A program made the translations under genes and the position numbers. This document shows positions 39,501 to 49,171 of a DNA stretch of 64,000 nucleotides, one piece after another. Each line of letters begins with the position of its first letter. Positions within the stretch are counted from its first letter, which is position 1. Origin of the DNA: Blastocatellia bacterium (GTDB lineage Bacteria; Acidobacteriota; Blastocatellia; RBC074); assembly GCA_046155785.1 (NCBI GenBank), contig JBJXFR010000071.1:125-64124 (forward strand), given 5' to 3'. The notes under the pieces are model-generated. The model did no database searches and was not told the DNA's origin. It worked only from the letters and a program-made list of their open reading frames with translations.

Positions 39501-39884
39501 TTCGGCAAGCAATTCGATTTCGGCCTGGTTGAGTTTGCGCTCTGAATCGCTCGGCGGCATTCGCATGTTTTCGTCGGAGTGCTTGATGCGCTGAACCAGC
39601 AGGCTTTTTTCAGCATCGCCGGGAACGATGGCTCGGCGGCCTCGCCCAAGATCGGCAGTCGCGGCGGCTTCAGAATCCAATCGCAGCTTGATCTTCAAAT
39701 TCGCGGCGTCAGGGCCGTGGCAAGCCAAACATTTGTCCGAAAGAATCGGGCGAACGTCTCTGTTGAAATCAATCCGGCGAGCCGATTGCTGAACTGATTG
39801 TTGAGCCTGGCTGACCGGCTGCAAATACGCCGCGACGATAACCAACAGAACAAATGCTGTTGTGACTTTAAGCTTCAAGTTCAT
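36510..39884 (-). CDS. PSCyt1 / DUF1549 / LamG / DUF1553 multidomain protein
   Basis: N-terminal planctomycete-type cytochrome c motif CLACHGPD. DUF1549 (FDLTGLPPT, RLLASSRYGERMA), CARCHNHKFDP, a concanavalin/LamG-like middle region (AAWVYP..IDEVRIYSR), and DUF1553 (HPELLDWLA .. TYRQSS .. PRFRLSAEMIRD). Confidence 0.9.
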   Translation of the reverse strand: MNLKLKVTTAFVLLVIVAAYLQPVSQAQQSVQQSARRIDFNRDVRPILSDKCLACHGPDAANLKIKLRLDSEAAATADLGRGRRAIVPGDAEKSLLVQRIKHSDENMRMPPSDSERKLNQAEIELLAEWIRQGARWQQHWSFVTPTRPALPAVKNTAWPKNAIDYFVLASLEAEALSPSPEADRATLLRRVSFDLTGLPPTTKELDDFLNDASPNAYEKVVDRLLASSRYGERMAFRWLDAARYADTNGYQIDGDRSAWRWRDWVIEAFNQNKPFDEFVIEQLAGDLLPNPSLDQRIATAFNRNHRINAEGGIVPEEYRIEYVVDRVDTTSTVFMGLTFGCARCHNHKFDPLSQKEFYQLSAYFNSIDEDGHSFDQGDSPPVMAAPTREQQAQLKQFDQQIAVAENDYNRLAKKFSGKQRDWEKTFVAPPSGGSGGFPAEKLIVRIPFDENQTPVFTPSDRTHHNQQDVKTKDKMGEPGGFKDGQPRFVASPLGQGTAFDGKLYFDGGLNADLRYKTTSSDYRERFSIAAWVYPETESAGSIVTKVSDAPAEVENGVPRADGYGLYFLNGKLHFNMVFRWGEDALRVETEQPLPQRQWQHVVVVFDGLKQWEDRLKVFVNGHEARLKWTQRNFFLLFGGSRNTLKIGAGGGPRFRFNGAIDEVRIYSRTLNEEEVAVLACADSLEIIAAIPTKKRSPAQAAKLHRAFLDSAAPDDLKQAQSKLIELKAQRQKFVDDLPPLMVMQELPQPRPAQILRRGAYDAPGETVQRAVPAVLPPMAAGLPNNRLGFAKWLVSKEHPLTARVTVNRFWQMLFGAGLVKTSEDFGAQGELPSHPELLDWLAVVLRDGMMKDEGGMMKERRADDKNIHHSSFIIQPWDVKALLKTIVMSATYRQSSKQNPQSAIRNPQSLLAQAPRFRLSAEMIRDQALAVSGLLVEKLGGASVKPYQPDGLYKDMAFSGLTGYNTDKGEGLWRRSLYTFWKRTVLSPTMQVFDASAREFCTVRDTRTNTPLQSLNLMNDVTYIEAARMLAELMLKEGGATAEQRLVWAFRRVTSRQPSEAEIKALVRNLKSQLEYFTRNSTEAEKLLSVGERRNDEKLNRAELAAYATTASLMLNLDEVITRQ
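37158..37190 (-). repeat. Heptanucleotide tandem repeat (AATCCGC) x about 4.7 inside the DUF1553 region
   Basis: The coding strand is identical to 9304-9336 and is read in the same frame (NPQSAIRNPQS). Confidence 0.9.
37261..37343. repeat. Intragenic palindromic heptad-repeat element, in frame (about 28 codons)
   Basis: TGAATGA x3.7 (37261-37287) faces TTCATCATTCCGCCTTCATCCTTCATCATTC (37310-37341). It encodes MMKDEGGMMKERRADDKNIHHSSFIIQP between LLDWLAVVLRDG and WDVKALLKTIVMSATYRQSS. Confidence 0.7.
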
Positions 39885-39887
39885 AGC

Positions 39888-40868
39888 TCAGTTTTTGAGT
39901 GCGATGGAAGTGATACTGCGAAGCCCGGCCAGCAAAGCGCCTTCGCTCTGGTCACCGGAAATGATCTGCGATTGAATTTCAAATTGAGCCAGCGCGTGCC
40001 GCCACGCTTCGGCCAATCCGCCGCTGCCAACGATGACTACGGAATCGGAAAGAACTCCGCGAGTGGAAAGCGCGTCCAAATCGGCGGCGATAAACGCGCC
40101 AATCAAAAAGCTCAGACGGTCTTCGGAGCTTCCTTGTTTCGACTGTTCCAGCAAACGAACGCAAAACAAAGCGCGCGACAAACCGGCAGTTCTCTGTTCG
40201 CGCATTCCGGCTTCCAGCCAATCGAAGTTCACCGTCGTCGGGCGTTCGTGCAGAACGGCGCTGGCCAAAATTGTCTGAGTCTGCGCAGCGTAAACCAGTT
40301 CACCAGCCAACGAAGTCACGCTGGCGGCAATGCGTCCATCTTTATCCAGCTTAATCGCTTTCCAGTGCGAACCCAAATTCAAAACCGTCGCCGGAGTTTT
40401 TGCCAACCCCAGCATCACCAATCCCGCGCACAGCGTTTCTTCGCCGCGCATCAAATCTGCCGAGCCAACTGTAGCCAGTTCGCAAGGCATCTGGCCAGAC
40501 TTCACTCCGGGAACCAGCAGCACTGGCAAATCCGTGACTTCAGAAAATTGATGAACGCGAGTCGCCACAGCCAGTTCTGCAATTCCAGCAGGCGCGAGCA
40601 AATGCGGAACGTCGGCCAGTCCCAGCGACGAAGTAATCATTCCGGCTGCAGCAACACAAACCGGCTTCGAGTCTTCGGCTTTCGTGCGAACCTCTTCGAT
40701 CAATTCGCGCAACGACGAACGCAGCCGAACCGAAGAACCGTCTTTGGCCGTGTCACGCACTCCGACTTGAGCTTCGGCTTTGGCTAGAATTTCTTCGCCG
40801 CGCGCCAGCCAGACGCGACTGTTGGTCGTGCCTGTGTCCACATAAACCGCGCACAATTCGTTAGCCAT
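39888..40868 (-). CDS. dgoK: 2-dehydro-3-deoxygalactonokinase
   Basis: [14 protein letters not shown] at the N-terminus and LGSHWK internally. It sits immediately downstream of the aldolase gene with an 8-nt overlap. Confidence 0.75.
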   Translation of the reverse strand: MANELCAVYVDTGTTNSRVWLARGEEILAKAEAQVGVRDTAKDGSSVRLRSSLRELIEEVRTKAEDSKPVCVAAAGMITSSLGLADVPHLLAPAGIAELAVATRVHQFSEVTDLPVLLVPGVKSGQMPCELATVGSADLMRGEETLCAGLVMLGLAKTPATVLNLGSHWKAIKLDKDGRIAASVTSLAGELVYAAQTQTILASAVLHERPTTVNFDWLEAGMREQRTAGLSRALFCVRLLEQSKQGSSEDRLSFLIGAFIAADLDALSTRGVLSDSVVIVGSGGLAEAWRHALAQFEIQSQIISGDQSEGALLAGLRSITSIALKN

Positions 40869-41496
40869 TCTTTCTCCCTGCCGCCACAAAAGCCGCCGTT
40901 CGTTCGCGCAGCTTTTCCAATCCGCTTTCGGCAAACCAATCCTTGCCGATCAATTCCGAACCAGCGCCAATGGCCCAGGCTCCGGCGGCGAAATATTCGC
41001 GCGCCAGTTCAGCCGTCACTCCGCCAGTTGGAACTGTGCGAATGTTTGGCAGCGGCCCGCGCAACGCTTTCACAAAAGCCGGGCCAAGCGAATTTGCAGG
41101 AAAGAGTTTTGCGGCGTCGGCTCCGGCGTTGACGGCTTCGACAACTTCGGAAGGCGTGAAACAGCCGGGCAGCGAAACCAGATTGAGTTTCTTTGTCGCT
41201 TCGATGACTGCCAAATCGCGGTTGGGCGAAACGATGAACGTGGCTCCGGCGTCGGCGGCTCGCAAGACTTCGTTCGGCGTCAGCACGGTTCCCGCGCCGA
41301 CTGCCATTTCAGAGCCAAAGCGTTTTGACAGCCGATTGATCGCCGCAAAAGCCTCGCGGGAATTCAGCGTGACTTCGACGGCGGTTAAGCCGCCAGCAAT
41401 CATTGAGGCGACGATGTCTTCTTCACGACCGGCGAAGTCTCCGCGCAGAATGGCGACGATCTTACCGGCTTCGATGTGTTGGATGGTTGGGTGCAT
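40861..41496 (-). CDS. dgoA: 2-dehydro-3-deoxy-6-phosphogalactonate / KDPG-type aldolase
   Basis: [46 protein letters not shown]. This is the Eda/DgoA class I aldolase pattern. Confidence 0.85.
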   Translation of the reverse strand: MHPTIQHIEAGKIVAILRGDFAGREEDIVASMIAGGLTAVEVTLNSREAFAAINRLSKRFGSEMAVGAGTVLTPNEVLRAADAGATFIVSPNRDLAVIEATKKLNLVSLPGCFTPSEVVEAVNAGADAAKLFPANSLGPAFVKALRGPLPNIRTVPTGGVTAELAREYFAAGAWAIGAGSELIGKDWFAESGLEKLRERTAAFVAAGRKNG

Positions 41497-41520
41497 TTCA
41501 GATCACGAAACATTGAAACA

Positions 41521-41635
41521 AGATGAGCAGGATTCTTTACAGGATTTACAGGACAAACAAACGTGAACCTGAGTTATTGCCTTGATTCGATCATCCTGTT
41601 CATCCTGAAAAGAAATCATGTCAATCCTGTTTCCA
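41521..41635. repeat. CAGGAT-rich palindromic intergenic element, copy C
   Basis: GAGCAGGATTCTTTACAGGATTTACAGGAC ... ATCATCCTGTTCATCCTG ... CAATCCTGT. Confidence 0.65.
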
Positions 41636-41646
41636 GGTTGTCTGGT

Positions 41647-42291
41647 TTAGTTGCGAGTGATGTTGACCGGCAAATGCGGCAACTTTTTGGTTTCGGCTTC
41701 CAGCTTTCCATCGCGGCCAAGTTCGATAGCGCGAATCAAAACGGCTTCGTCCTGAACTCCGGCCAGCACGTGGCCTGCGATGACGAAACTGGGAACCATC
41801 GTCACGCCGTAAGTCCGAGCGATCAACAAATCTTCATCAACTTCGTCGGCCATTCGGTTTTCTTTGAGCGCGGCTTCCAAATCAGACGGATTCAAGCCCG
41901 CTTGCCAGGCAATTTCTTTCAGCACAGCCAGTTCGCCAATGTCTTTGTCTTCAAGGAAAAAGGCTTTGAACAATCTTTGATGAAACGGCTCGAAACTGTG
42001 TCTGGCCTTAGCCCAGGCGACAGCTTCGTGCGCCAGCCGAGTCAGCGGCGCGCGCGAAGGCTGGTGAATTTCGACGCCCAAGCGTTCGGCCATTGGATAA
42101 ACAGAATTTTTCCAACCCGTGTTCGCGCGTTCGCCGCGAGGTTCAAATTTGGGCGGACCGGATTCGCGCAGTTGAAATGCTCTATGGACGATTTCAACGC
42201 CAGTCACAGCGGCAGCATTTTTGAGGGGAAACTCCCCAAGATAACAATACGGTCAGACGTAATCGGAAAAGACCTGAACAACAACAGGCAT
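41647..42291 (-). CDS. DsbA/FrnE-like thiol:disulfide oxidoreductase with in-frame TGA at the CxxC cysteine (candidate selenoprotein; pseudogene as alternative)
   Basis: The frame continues upstream of ORF 41647-42207: ATG 42291 (AAGGAG 7 nt upstream), PVVVQVFSDYV, TGA (42255-42253), PYCYLGEFPL... This matches the SDxxCPWCYxG signature of the DsbA family. Total length is 214 codons, a normal size. Confidence 0.6.
42221..42239 (-). promoter_or_regulatory. SECIS-like stem-loop downstream of the in-frame UGA
   Basis: mRNA UUGGGG-AGUUU-CCCC(UC)AA starts 14 nt after the UGA. The apical loop at +20 to +24 contains a G. Confidence 0.35.
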
Positions 42292-42394
42292 TGGCAAGCT
42301 CCTTTTGGTGAATGAATCGCGGCGTAGTATAAAAGCCCCCTACCGAACAACAAAATCATTCACGGCCAACGACGCCAAAAGGAGCAACAAACAA

Positions 42395-42649
42395 ATGCAA
42401 AATGGATATGCCGAAGAGGGTTATTCCGATTACGAACTGGATTTTTTCCAGGCCATTGACCTGAACACTGCGGCTGAACAGGCGATCTTTGACGCGCTGA
42501 TAGAAATCGGCGACGACCAGTATTACACCCTGTTTGAAGTCAACGTCCAGCACACCTGTGGACCGGCCAAAGTTCAGGTTTTCCCAGAACGCGCTGGCAC
42601 TTTGTACCGTTGCCTGAAGTGCGGTGTGGCCGGAGTCATCGGCGGATAA
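42395..42649 (+). CDS. Hypothetical small protein (84 aa) with C-terminal CxxC
   Basis: AAGGAG lies 9 nt upstream of ATG 42395. Acidic N-terminus. ..HTCGP..YRCLKCGVAG.. may be a zinc-ribbon-like tail. Confidence 0.5.
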   Translation: MQNGYAEEGYSDYELDFFQAIDLNTAAEQAIFDALIEIGDDQYYTLFEVNVQHTCGPAKVQVFPERAGTLYRCLKCGVAGVIGG

Positions 42650-42672
42650 TTCAGAAAGTTTCGATTGACCCG

Positions 42673-42701
42673 TTGACAAAACTAGGATCGGCCTCTACAT
42701 T
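42673..42701 (+). promoter_or_regulatory. Sigma-70-type promoter for the tRNA gene
   Basis: TTGACA (42673-42678), a 17-nt spacer, then TACATT (42696-42701). It lies 17 nt upstream of the mature tRNA 5' end. Confidence 0.4.
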
Positions 42702-42717
42702 CGCGATTCGTTTTTGA

Positions 42718-42791
<74 letters not shown>

Positions 42792-42800
42792 TCCAAACTG

Positions 42801-42837
42801 AAAGGGATCGGACAATAGTTCGATCCCTTTTGTTTTT
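42801..42837 (+). terminator. Rho-independent terminator of the tRNA gene
   Basis: AAAGGGATCG-GACAATAGTT-CGATCCCTTT followed by TGTTTTT. Confidence 0.8.
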
Positions 42838-43104
42838 CCATTCCTTGCCCTGCATTCGCAGGCGGTGTATAACCCGTCGCCGGTTACCAATTGGTCAAAC
42901 AAAATCATGAAACTCAACGGAATCTACTCCGTCTCTGAAATCAGACTCAGGGCTTAAATTTCCGCTCGCTCTGAGCCGGTTCAAGGTTTCATCACTCTAA
43001 TTGCTGACGATACTTTCAAAAAAATCTGCACAGGACTGACTGTGCCAACACCACTTTCACGAACGGCGTCAGCCGACGTGACAAATCACAATGGAGTATT
43101 CCCA

Positions 43105-44742
43105 GTGGAATATCGAAATTTCGCAAAAATTTTAGGACTGTCGCTGTTATTGCTGGCTGTCAGCCTTGCTGTGTGGACTCCGCGCCAATCGGCTCAAAGC
43201 GGCAAAGTTGCCGACTGGCTGACCGATGGCGGAGACATTGAACGCACCGGCTGGCAAAAGAACGAAACGATTCTTTCCACCGCCACAGCCAAAAACATGA
43301 AGCTGTTGTGGAAAACCAAACTCGACAACGAACCGCGCCAGATGCACAACCTGCTGCCGGTGTTGATCGCTGGCCGAGTCACCACCGACAAAGGGCCGAA
43401 AGAAATCGTGCTGGCTACCGGAGTCACGGACAATCTGTACGCAATGGATGCCGCCAACGGCGAATTGCTGTGGAAACATCACTTTGCGACCGATTGGACT
43501 CCGCCGCCGAACGGTCGCGGCGCAGGCATTCTTTGCCCCGGAGGCATAACCGCTACGCCGGTCATCGGTCCAGCAGGAACACCGGGCAAATACATCATTT
43601 ACGCTGCGGCTTGGGATGGAACCTTGCGCCGGTTGGATTTGGCCACAGGCAAGGAAATCAAACCTCCCGCCAAGTTCATGCCGCCCAACGGCAAACCTTA
43701 CGCGCTGAATCTGCGAAACAACGTGATTTACGTCCACACGGCGCAAGGCTGCGGCGGAAATCCGAACATGGTTTACATCTACGATCTGGCTACGGACAAA
43801 GTCGGTTCGTGGGGACCAGCAGGCGGAGGCATGTGGGGGCGCACCGGCGGAGCGATTGATTCCAAAGGCGTGATGTACACCGGCACAGGTGACGGCCCTT
43901 GGAATCCTGAAAACGGAATTTACGGCAACGGCATCATCGGCGTCGCTCAAGACCCGGTCACCAAAGCCGCCAAGTTGATGGATTATTACGGCCCGTCCAA
44001 CGCCGAATGGTTGTGGAAACGTGACCTGGATATGCAGGTCAGTTGCGCGATCTTCAAATTCAAAGGCAAAGAGTTGATGGTGGATTCAGGCAAAGAAGGC
44101 GTCATGTATCTGATGGACACTGAATCAATCGGCGGAGACGATCACCGCACACCGCTTTATCGCACGCCGCTGTTTTGCAACGAAGAAGTCAATTTCGCTT
44201 CGGCGGGAGTTTGGGGTTCGCTGGCAACCTGGGAAGACGCGAAAGGAACTCGATGGGTGCTGACGCCGTTCTGGGGGCCGAAACATTCCAAGTTCACCGT
44301 TCCAGTCCAAAATGGCGCGGTCAAATACGGCGCAGTTCTGGCTTTCAAAGTTGAAGAAAAAGCGGGCAAGTTCACGCTCGTTCCCGCCTGGATTTCGCGC
44401 GATATGAACCGCGCCGAACCGCCAGTCATTGCCAACGGAGTCATCTTCGCTTACGGCAGCGGCGAAGACACCGACCAAGCGGCCTTCGACATCGGGCTGG
44501 CTTATAACCACGATTCATCCTACCGCATCAAGAATTCCAAGAAAGCTGTGCTTTATGCGCTGGACGCTCAAACCGGCAAAGAGCTTTGGAATAGCGGCGA
44601 TGCGATTGCTTCGTGGAGTCATTGGGGCGGCTTGTCCGTCGCCAACGGCAAGGTCTACATCAATACATTTGACGGCTATCAATATTGCTTCGGCATCAAA
44701 TCCGGCGATCAAGCCGCGTCAGCCGCGAAAGGAGGCAAGTAA
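43105..44742 (+). CDS. Secreted PQQ-like beta-propeller repeat protein
   Basis: ORF 43042-44742 starts at GTG. I prefer GTG 43105 (GGAG 8 nt upstream, then a signal peptide). Repeated blades with ..[15 protein letters not shown].., ..[11 protein letters not shown].., ..[14 protein letters not shown].., ..[16 protein letters not shown]. Confidence 0.75.
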   Translation: MEYRNFAKILGLSLLLLAVSLAVWTPRQSAQSGKVADWLTDGGDIERTGWQKNETILSTATAKNMKLLWKTKLDNEPRQMHNLLPVLIAGRVTTDKGPKEIVLATGVTDNLYAMDAANGELLWKHHFATDWTPPPNGRGAGILCPGGITATPVIGPAGTPGKYIIYAAAWDGTLRRLDLATGKEIKPPAKFMPPNGKPYALNLRNNVIYVHTAQGCGGNPNMVYIYDLATDKVGSWGPAGGGMWGRTGGAIDSKGVMYTGTGDGPWNPENGIYGNGIIGVAQDPVTKAAKLMDYYGPSNAEWLWKRDLDMQVSCAIFKFKGKELMVDSGKEGVMYLMDTESIGGDDHRTPLYRTPLFCNEEVNFASAGVWGSLATWEDAKGTRWVLTPFWGPKHSKFTVPVQNGAVKYGAVLAFKVEEKAGKFTLVPAWISRDMNRAEPPVIANGVIFAYGSGEDTDQAAFDIGLAYNHDSSYRIKNSKKAVLYALDAQTGKELWNSGDAIASWSHWGGLSVANGKVYINTFDGYQYCFGIKSGDQAASAAKGGK

Positions 44743-46389
44743 ATGAAAAAGCTTCTCTGCTTCTTTCTGGTCAGCTTTGCGCTGACTGTTTCAGCAAACG
44801 CGCAACGTGGCAACGTAGATTGGATGACCGACAACGCCGACGCGCAACGGTCTTCGTGGATCAGAGCCGATGGCAAAATTTCCACTGAGCAAATCGAAAA
44901 GAAAAAATCCGATAAGCCAAACGCTTTCCAGTTTTTGTGGAAGGCCAAAGTCAAAAACGCGCCGAAACAGTTGAACAACCTGATGCCGCCATCCACTCTG
45001 GATCGGCTGATTGGGTATCGCGGCTTTCGCATGCTGGGATTTTTCGGCGGCAGTTCCGACAACATCATCACCTATGACACTGATCTGGGCAGGTTGGAGT
45101 GGGAAAAACATCTGAAAACCAACACTCCGGCTTCGGCTGGAACGTGGGCTTGCCCGGGTGGAATGACCACGGGAGTCGCCAAGCCAATGTTGACGGCAAT
45201 TCCGCCGTCTCCAACCGCAGCGGCATCCGGTCCCGGTCGCAGCAATCCAGCCAAAAGCGCCGTTGGCGACGCCGGTCAAGGCGCAGTAACGTTGGCAAAT
45301 GTTCGCCCAAATCCTCCCGGCGGAGCAGCCCCAAACCCAATGCTGGTTCAACAGACTCGCGTCAATCCGGCGAATCCTCCGGGCGGACAGTTGGGAGCCG
45401 GGCCGTTTTTGGTTTACGCGCTGGCCAGCGACGGCATGCTGCATTCGCTGCATTTGTCGAACGGAGCCGATTACGAAGCTCCGACCAGATTCATTCCCGC
45501 CGGAGCCAACGCCAGCGGATTGGCAATCGTTGACCAGGTGGCCTATGTCGTCACTTCCGGCGCTTGCAACGGAACCGACAACGGCGTCTGGGCGCTCGAC
45601 CTGATTTCAAAACGGGTCAGCGTCTGGAAAGGTAACGTCGTCGGGTCGGCTGGCCCCAGCTTTGGCGGAGACGGAACTCTTTACGTTGCAACAGGAAGCG
45701 GCGGCGATTCGCCAAACTCAATCGTCGCGCTGGAAGCCAAAACGCTGAAATTGAAAGCTTCGTTTTCAGCCGGAGCAGAATTCGCCACAACGCCTGTGTT
45801 GTTCAGTCACGGCAGCAAAACTCTGATTGCCGCCGCAACCAAAGACGGCAAGATTCATTTGCTGGACGCCGCGAACTTGAGCGCCGGAGCGTTGTCGAGT
45901 TCCGCTTCAACTGGAAAAGAACTGGCTTCGGGCGCGTTGGCAAGCTGGCAGGATCGTAACGGCGTTCGCTGGATTCTGGCTTCGATTGTTGGTGTTTTGC
46001 CCGCGGGCTTCACCGGCAATGTCACCAAAGGCGCAGTCGTCGCCTGGAAACTGGTTGAGCAAGGCGGCAAGCCGACATTGCAACCGGGCTGGGCTTCGCC
46101 TGACCTGACCTCGCCGTTGACGCCGACGATCATAAACAACGTGGTTTTCGTCACTTCCAGCGGAGAGTTCCGCGCTTCGGACAAGACTCCGGCGGCAATG
46201 CGCGCGGCGCGTTCAGGCAAAGCGGTCGTTTACGCTTTGGACGGAGCCACCGGCAAGGAACTTTGGAACAGCGGAACGACGATCACATCGTTTGCTCACG
46301 GCGGAGCGATTTCCGGCGGAATGGGGCAGATTTATCTGACCACTTACGACGGGACGATCTACACTTTCGGTTTCCCGATGGAGCACTAA
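44743..46389 (+). CDS. Secreted PQQ-like beta-propeller repeat protein (paralog) with a Pro/Gly-rich insert
   Basis: The start abuts the previous stop. Signal peptide [20 protein letters not shown]. ..[16 protein letters not shown].., ..[16 protein letters not shown]. Confidence 0.8.
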   Translation: MKKLLCFFLVSFALTVSANAQRGNVDWMTDNADAQRSSWIRADGKISTEQIEKKKSDKPNAFQFLWKAKVKNAPKQLNNLMPPSTLDRLIGYRGFRMLGFFGGSSDNIITYDTDLGRLEWEKHLKTNTPASAGTWACPGGMTTGVAKPMLTAIPPSPTAAASGPGRSNPAKSAVGDAGQGAVTLANVRPNPPGGAAPNPMLVQQTRVNPANPPGGQLGAGPFLVYALASDGMLHSLHLSNGADYEAPTRFIPAGANASGLAIVDQVAYVVTSGACNGTDNGVWALDLISKRVSVWKGNVVGSAGPSFGGDGTLYVATGSGGDSPNSIVALEAKTLKLKASFSAGAEFATTPVLFSHGSKTLIAAATKDGKIHLLDAANLSAGALSSSASTGKELASGALASWQDRNGVRWILASIVGVLPAGFTGNVTKGAVVAWKLVEQGGKPTLQPGWASPDLTSPLTPTIINNVVFVTSSGEFRASDKTPAAMRAARSGKAVVYALDGATGKELWNSGTTITSFAHGGAISGGMGQIYLTTYDGTIYTFGFPMEH

Positions 46390-46402
46390 TTCAGTAACGG
46401 CG

Positions 46403-46442
46403 CTGCGCGCGCCAGCAAGCGGACGCTTGCTGGCGCGCGCAG
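46403..46442. repeat. Perfect 18-bp GC-rich hairpin (REP-like family / terminator)
   Basis: CTGCGCGCGCCAGCAAGC-GGAC-GCTTGCTGGCGCGCGCAG. It shares GCGCGCGNNAGCAAGCGG and GTACCGCA with 477-542. Confidence 0.6.
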
Positions 46443-46461
46443 TACCGCACCGGAATCTTTT

Positions 46462-46980
46462 ATGTATTTACGTTTTAATCCCACTTATCAACGCCTGTGG
46501 CGCTGTGTTTTTCTTGGCGTTGCCTTCGCGCTTTTCGTCACCGGCAACTGGATGCAATCTTCCGCCGGTCAAGGCCGCCCAATGCCCGATGGCCCTGGCA
46601 AGGAAGAAGCCACCAAACTTTGCAAAGGCTGCCACGAACTGGAAAAGTCTTTTTCGGTGCGGCAGGACAAAGCCGGTTGGCAAATTACGCTGGATAAAAT
46701 GGTTGCGTATGGCATGAAAGCCAAAGACGAAGACCTGAGTCTGGTTCTGGAGTACGTCACCAAGAATTACCCCGCCGACGACGTGCCGCGTTTGAACGTC
46801 AACAAAGCCGAAGCCATTGATCTGGAAAGCGCGTTGTCGTTGAAACGTTCGCAAGCTAAAGCGGTCATCCAGTACCGCGAGAAAAACGGTAAGTTCAAAT
46901 CCATCGAAGATTTGAAGAAGGTCCCTGGAATTGATCCTGCCAAGATCGAAGCGAAAAAGGATCGCCTGATTTTTGAATGA
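46462..46980 (+). CDS. Mono-haem c-type cytochrome domain fused to a ComEA-like helix-hairpin-helix domain
   Basis: The CKGCH haem-binding site is followed by W..TL.KM, resembling quinohemoprotein amine dehydrogenase haem-binding domains. The C-terminus [44 protein letters not shown] is ComEA-type. Confidence 0.7.
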   Translation: MYLRFNPTYQRLWRCVFLGVAFALFVTGNWMQSSAGQGRPMPDGPGKEEATKLCKGCHELEKSFSVRQDKAGWQITLDKMVAYGMKAKDEDLSLVLEYVTKNYPADDVPRLNVNKAEAIDLESALSLKRSQAKAVIQYREKNGKFKSIEDLKKVPGIDPAKIEAKKDRLIFE

Positions 46981-47729
46981 AAACTCTGGTCATCAAAATT
47001 TTGCTCGGCGTGTTGCTGCTTGGCGCAGTCATTGCCGCTCGTTCGCCACAGGATTGCGCGTCAGCAATTGCCGAACTTGAGCAGCGCGTAGAGCTTCAAC
47101 GCAAATTGCTGGCGGATTGGGCGGGGCTGATTCGTTACGGCAGCGAAAACACAGAGCTTCCAAAACTTAAACCTGAGGAAGACCGCGTAGTTTTTATGGG
47201 CGACGAAATCACCGAACGGTGGGGCGAAGGCAAAACGCCCTTCTTCCCTGGCAAGCCTTATCTGAATCGCGGAATCAAAGGTCAGACTTCGCCGCAAATG
47301 CTGGTTCGATTCCGGCAGGATGTCATCAAGCTGAAACCTAAAGTCGTAGTCATTCAGGCCGGCCTGAATGACATTGCCAGTTTTTACGAACCGATCACAC
47401 AACAGATGACGGCGGAAAACATCACTTCCATCGTCGAACTGGCCAAAGCGAACAACATACGCGTCGTGCTTTGTTCGCTGACGCCGATCAACGATGTTTA
47501 CAAGAAACAATCGCTGTTGCGTCCGTTCGGCAAAATCATCGGCACGAACGGCTGGTTGAAAGATTACGCGGCGGCAAGCGGCTTGGTTTATCTGGATTAC
47601 TATTCGGCAATGGCCGAAGGCCGCAACTTGAAAAAAGAGTTGAGTGACGACGGCTTGCTGCCGAACGACGCCGGTTACGCGGCGATGGCTAAGCTGGCTG
47701 AAACCGCAATCGCTCAGGCGCTGAAGTAA
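46977..47729 (+). CDS. SGNH/GDSL-fold protein lacking the catalytic Ser and His (probable pseudoenzyme)
   Basis: Block I reads FMGDEIT (Glu where GDS Ser is expected). Blocks II and III are intact (NRGIKGQ, QAGLNDI). Block V reads DDGLLPN (Leu where the DxxH His is expected). Confidence 0.7.
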   Translation: MKTLVIKILLGVLLLGAVIAARSPQDCASAIAELEQRVELQRKLLADWAGLIRYGSENTELPKLKPEEDRVVFMGDEITERWGEGKTPFFPGKPYLNRGIKGQTSPQMLVRFRQDVIKLKPKVVVIQAGLNDIASFYEPITQQMTAENITSIVELAKANNIRVVLCSLTPINDVYKKQSLLRPFGKIIGTNGWLKDYAAASGLVYLDYYSAMAEGRNLKKELSDDGLLPNDAGYAAMAKLAETAIAQALK

Positions 47730-47735
47730 GAATTT

Positions 47736-47829
47736 GGGTACGCACCGCCCTCGCGTGCCTGTCTCGAAAGTTGTTTTCTTCAATAAACAAACGTTATTTC
47801 ATTACGCACGCGAGGGCACGTGCGTACCC
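47736..47829. repeat. GC-rich inverted repeat with an AT-rich 47-nt centre
   Basis: GGGTACGCACCGCCCTCGCGTGC (47736-47758) faces GCACGCGAGGGCACGTGCGTACCC (47806-47829). It ends 12 nt before the next start codon. Confidence 0.55.
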
Positions 47830-47841
47830 AGGAGCAAACCA

Positions 47842-48885
<1,044 letters not shown>

Positions 48886-48897
48886 TTGGTTGATTGC

Positions 48898-48933
48898 CCG
48901 CCCGCAACAATACTGCTATTCCGTTGCGGGCGG
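48898..48933 (+). terminator. Stem-loop after the TIM-barrel gene
   Basis: CCGCCCGCAAC, a 14-nt loop, then GTTGCGGGCGG. No clear U-tract. Confidence 0.4.
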
Positions 48934-48963
48934 AGCATCATTCTAGAAGTACAAAGGTAAGCG

Positions 48964-49158
48964 ATGAACGCAACACTCCCTGATTCGATAACAAATTGTT
49001 TGATTGATGACGGTTGGCTGGATGTTGAATATATGGTTGCCTGTGCTCAGGAAGCCGATTCATCTGTGACGCTTGAATCAGTGCGTCAGATATTAGCCAA
49101 GCTTTCCGACTCTTTGGCAAATGCCATCATTGCCGAACGAGGTGAGCGATTCTGTTGA
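48964..49158 (+). CDS. Hypothetical small acidic protein (64 aa), doubtful
   Basis: ORF only. Weak SD. It lies in an AT-richer stretch next to the transposase element. Confidence 0.3.
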   Translation: MNATLPDSITNCLIDDGWLDVEYMVACAQEADSSVTLESVRQILAKLSDSLANAIIAERGERFC

Positions 49159-49171
49159 CACAATTCACACT

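Noticed and set aside
39798-40787. 329-aa plus-strand ORF antisense to dgoK
   Set aside because: Shadow ORF. The dgoK frame has family motifs and is coupled to dgoA.
41647-42207. DsbA-like ORF read as a 5'-truncated gene or simple nonsense pseudogene
   Set aside because: Not fully excluded. The TGA falls exactly on the active-site Cys codon. A strong SD precedes the upstream ATG, the remaining frame is intact, and a hairpin sits at SECIS distance. Recoding is therefore the better reading.
42792-43104. Genomic island integrated at the tRNA-fMet gene
   Set aside because: I found no direct repeat of the tRNA 3' end downstream and no integrase. The genes that follow look like ordinary lineage-typical secreted proteins.
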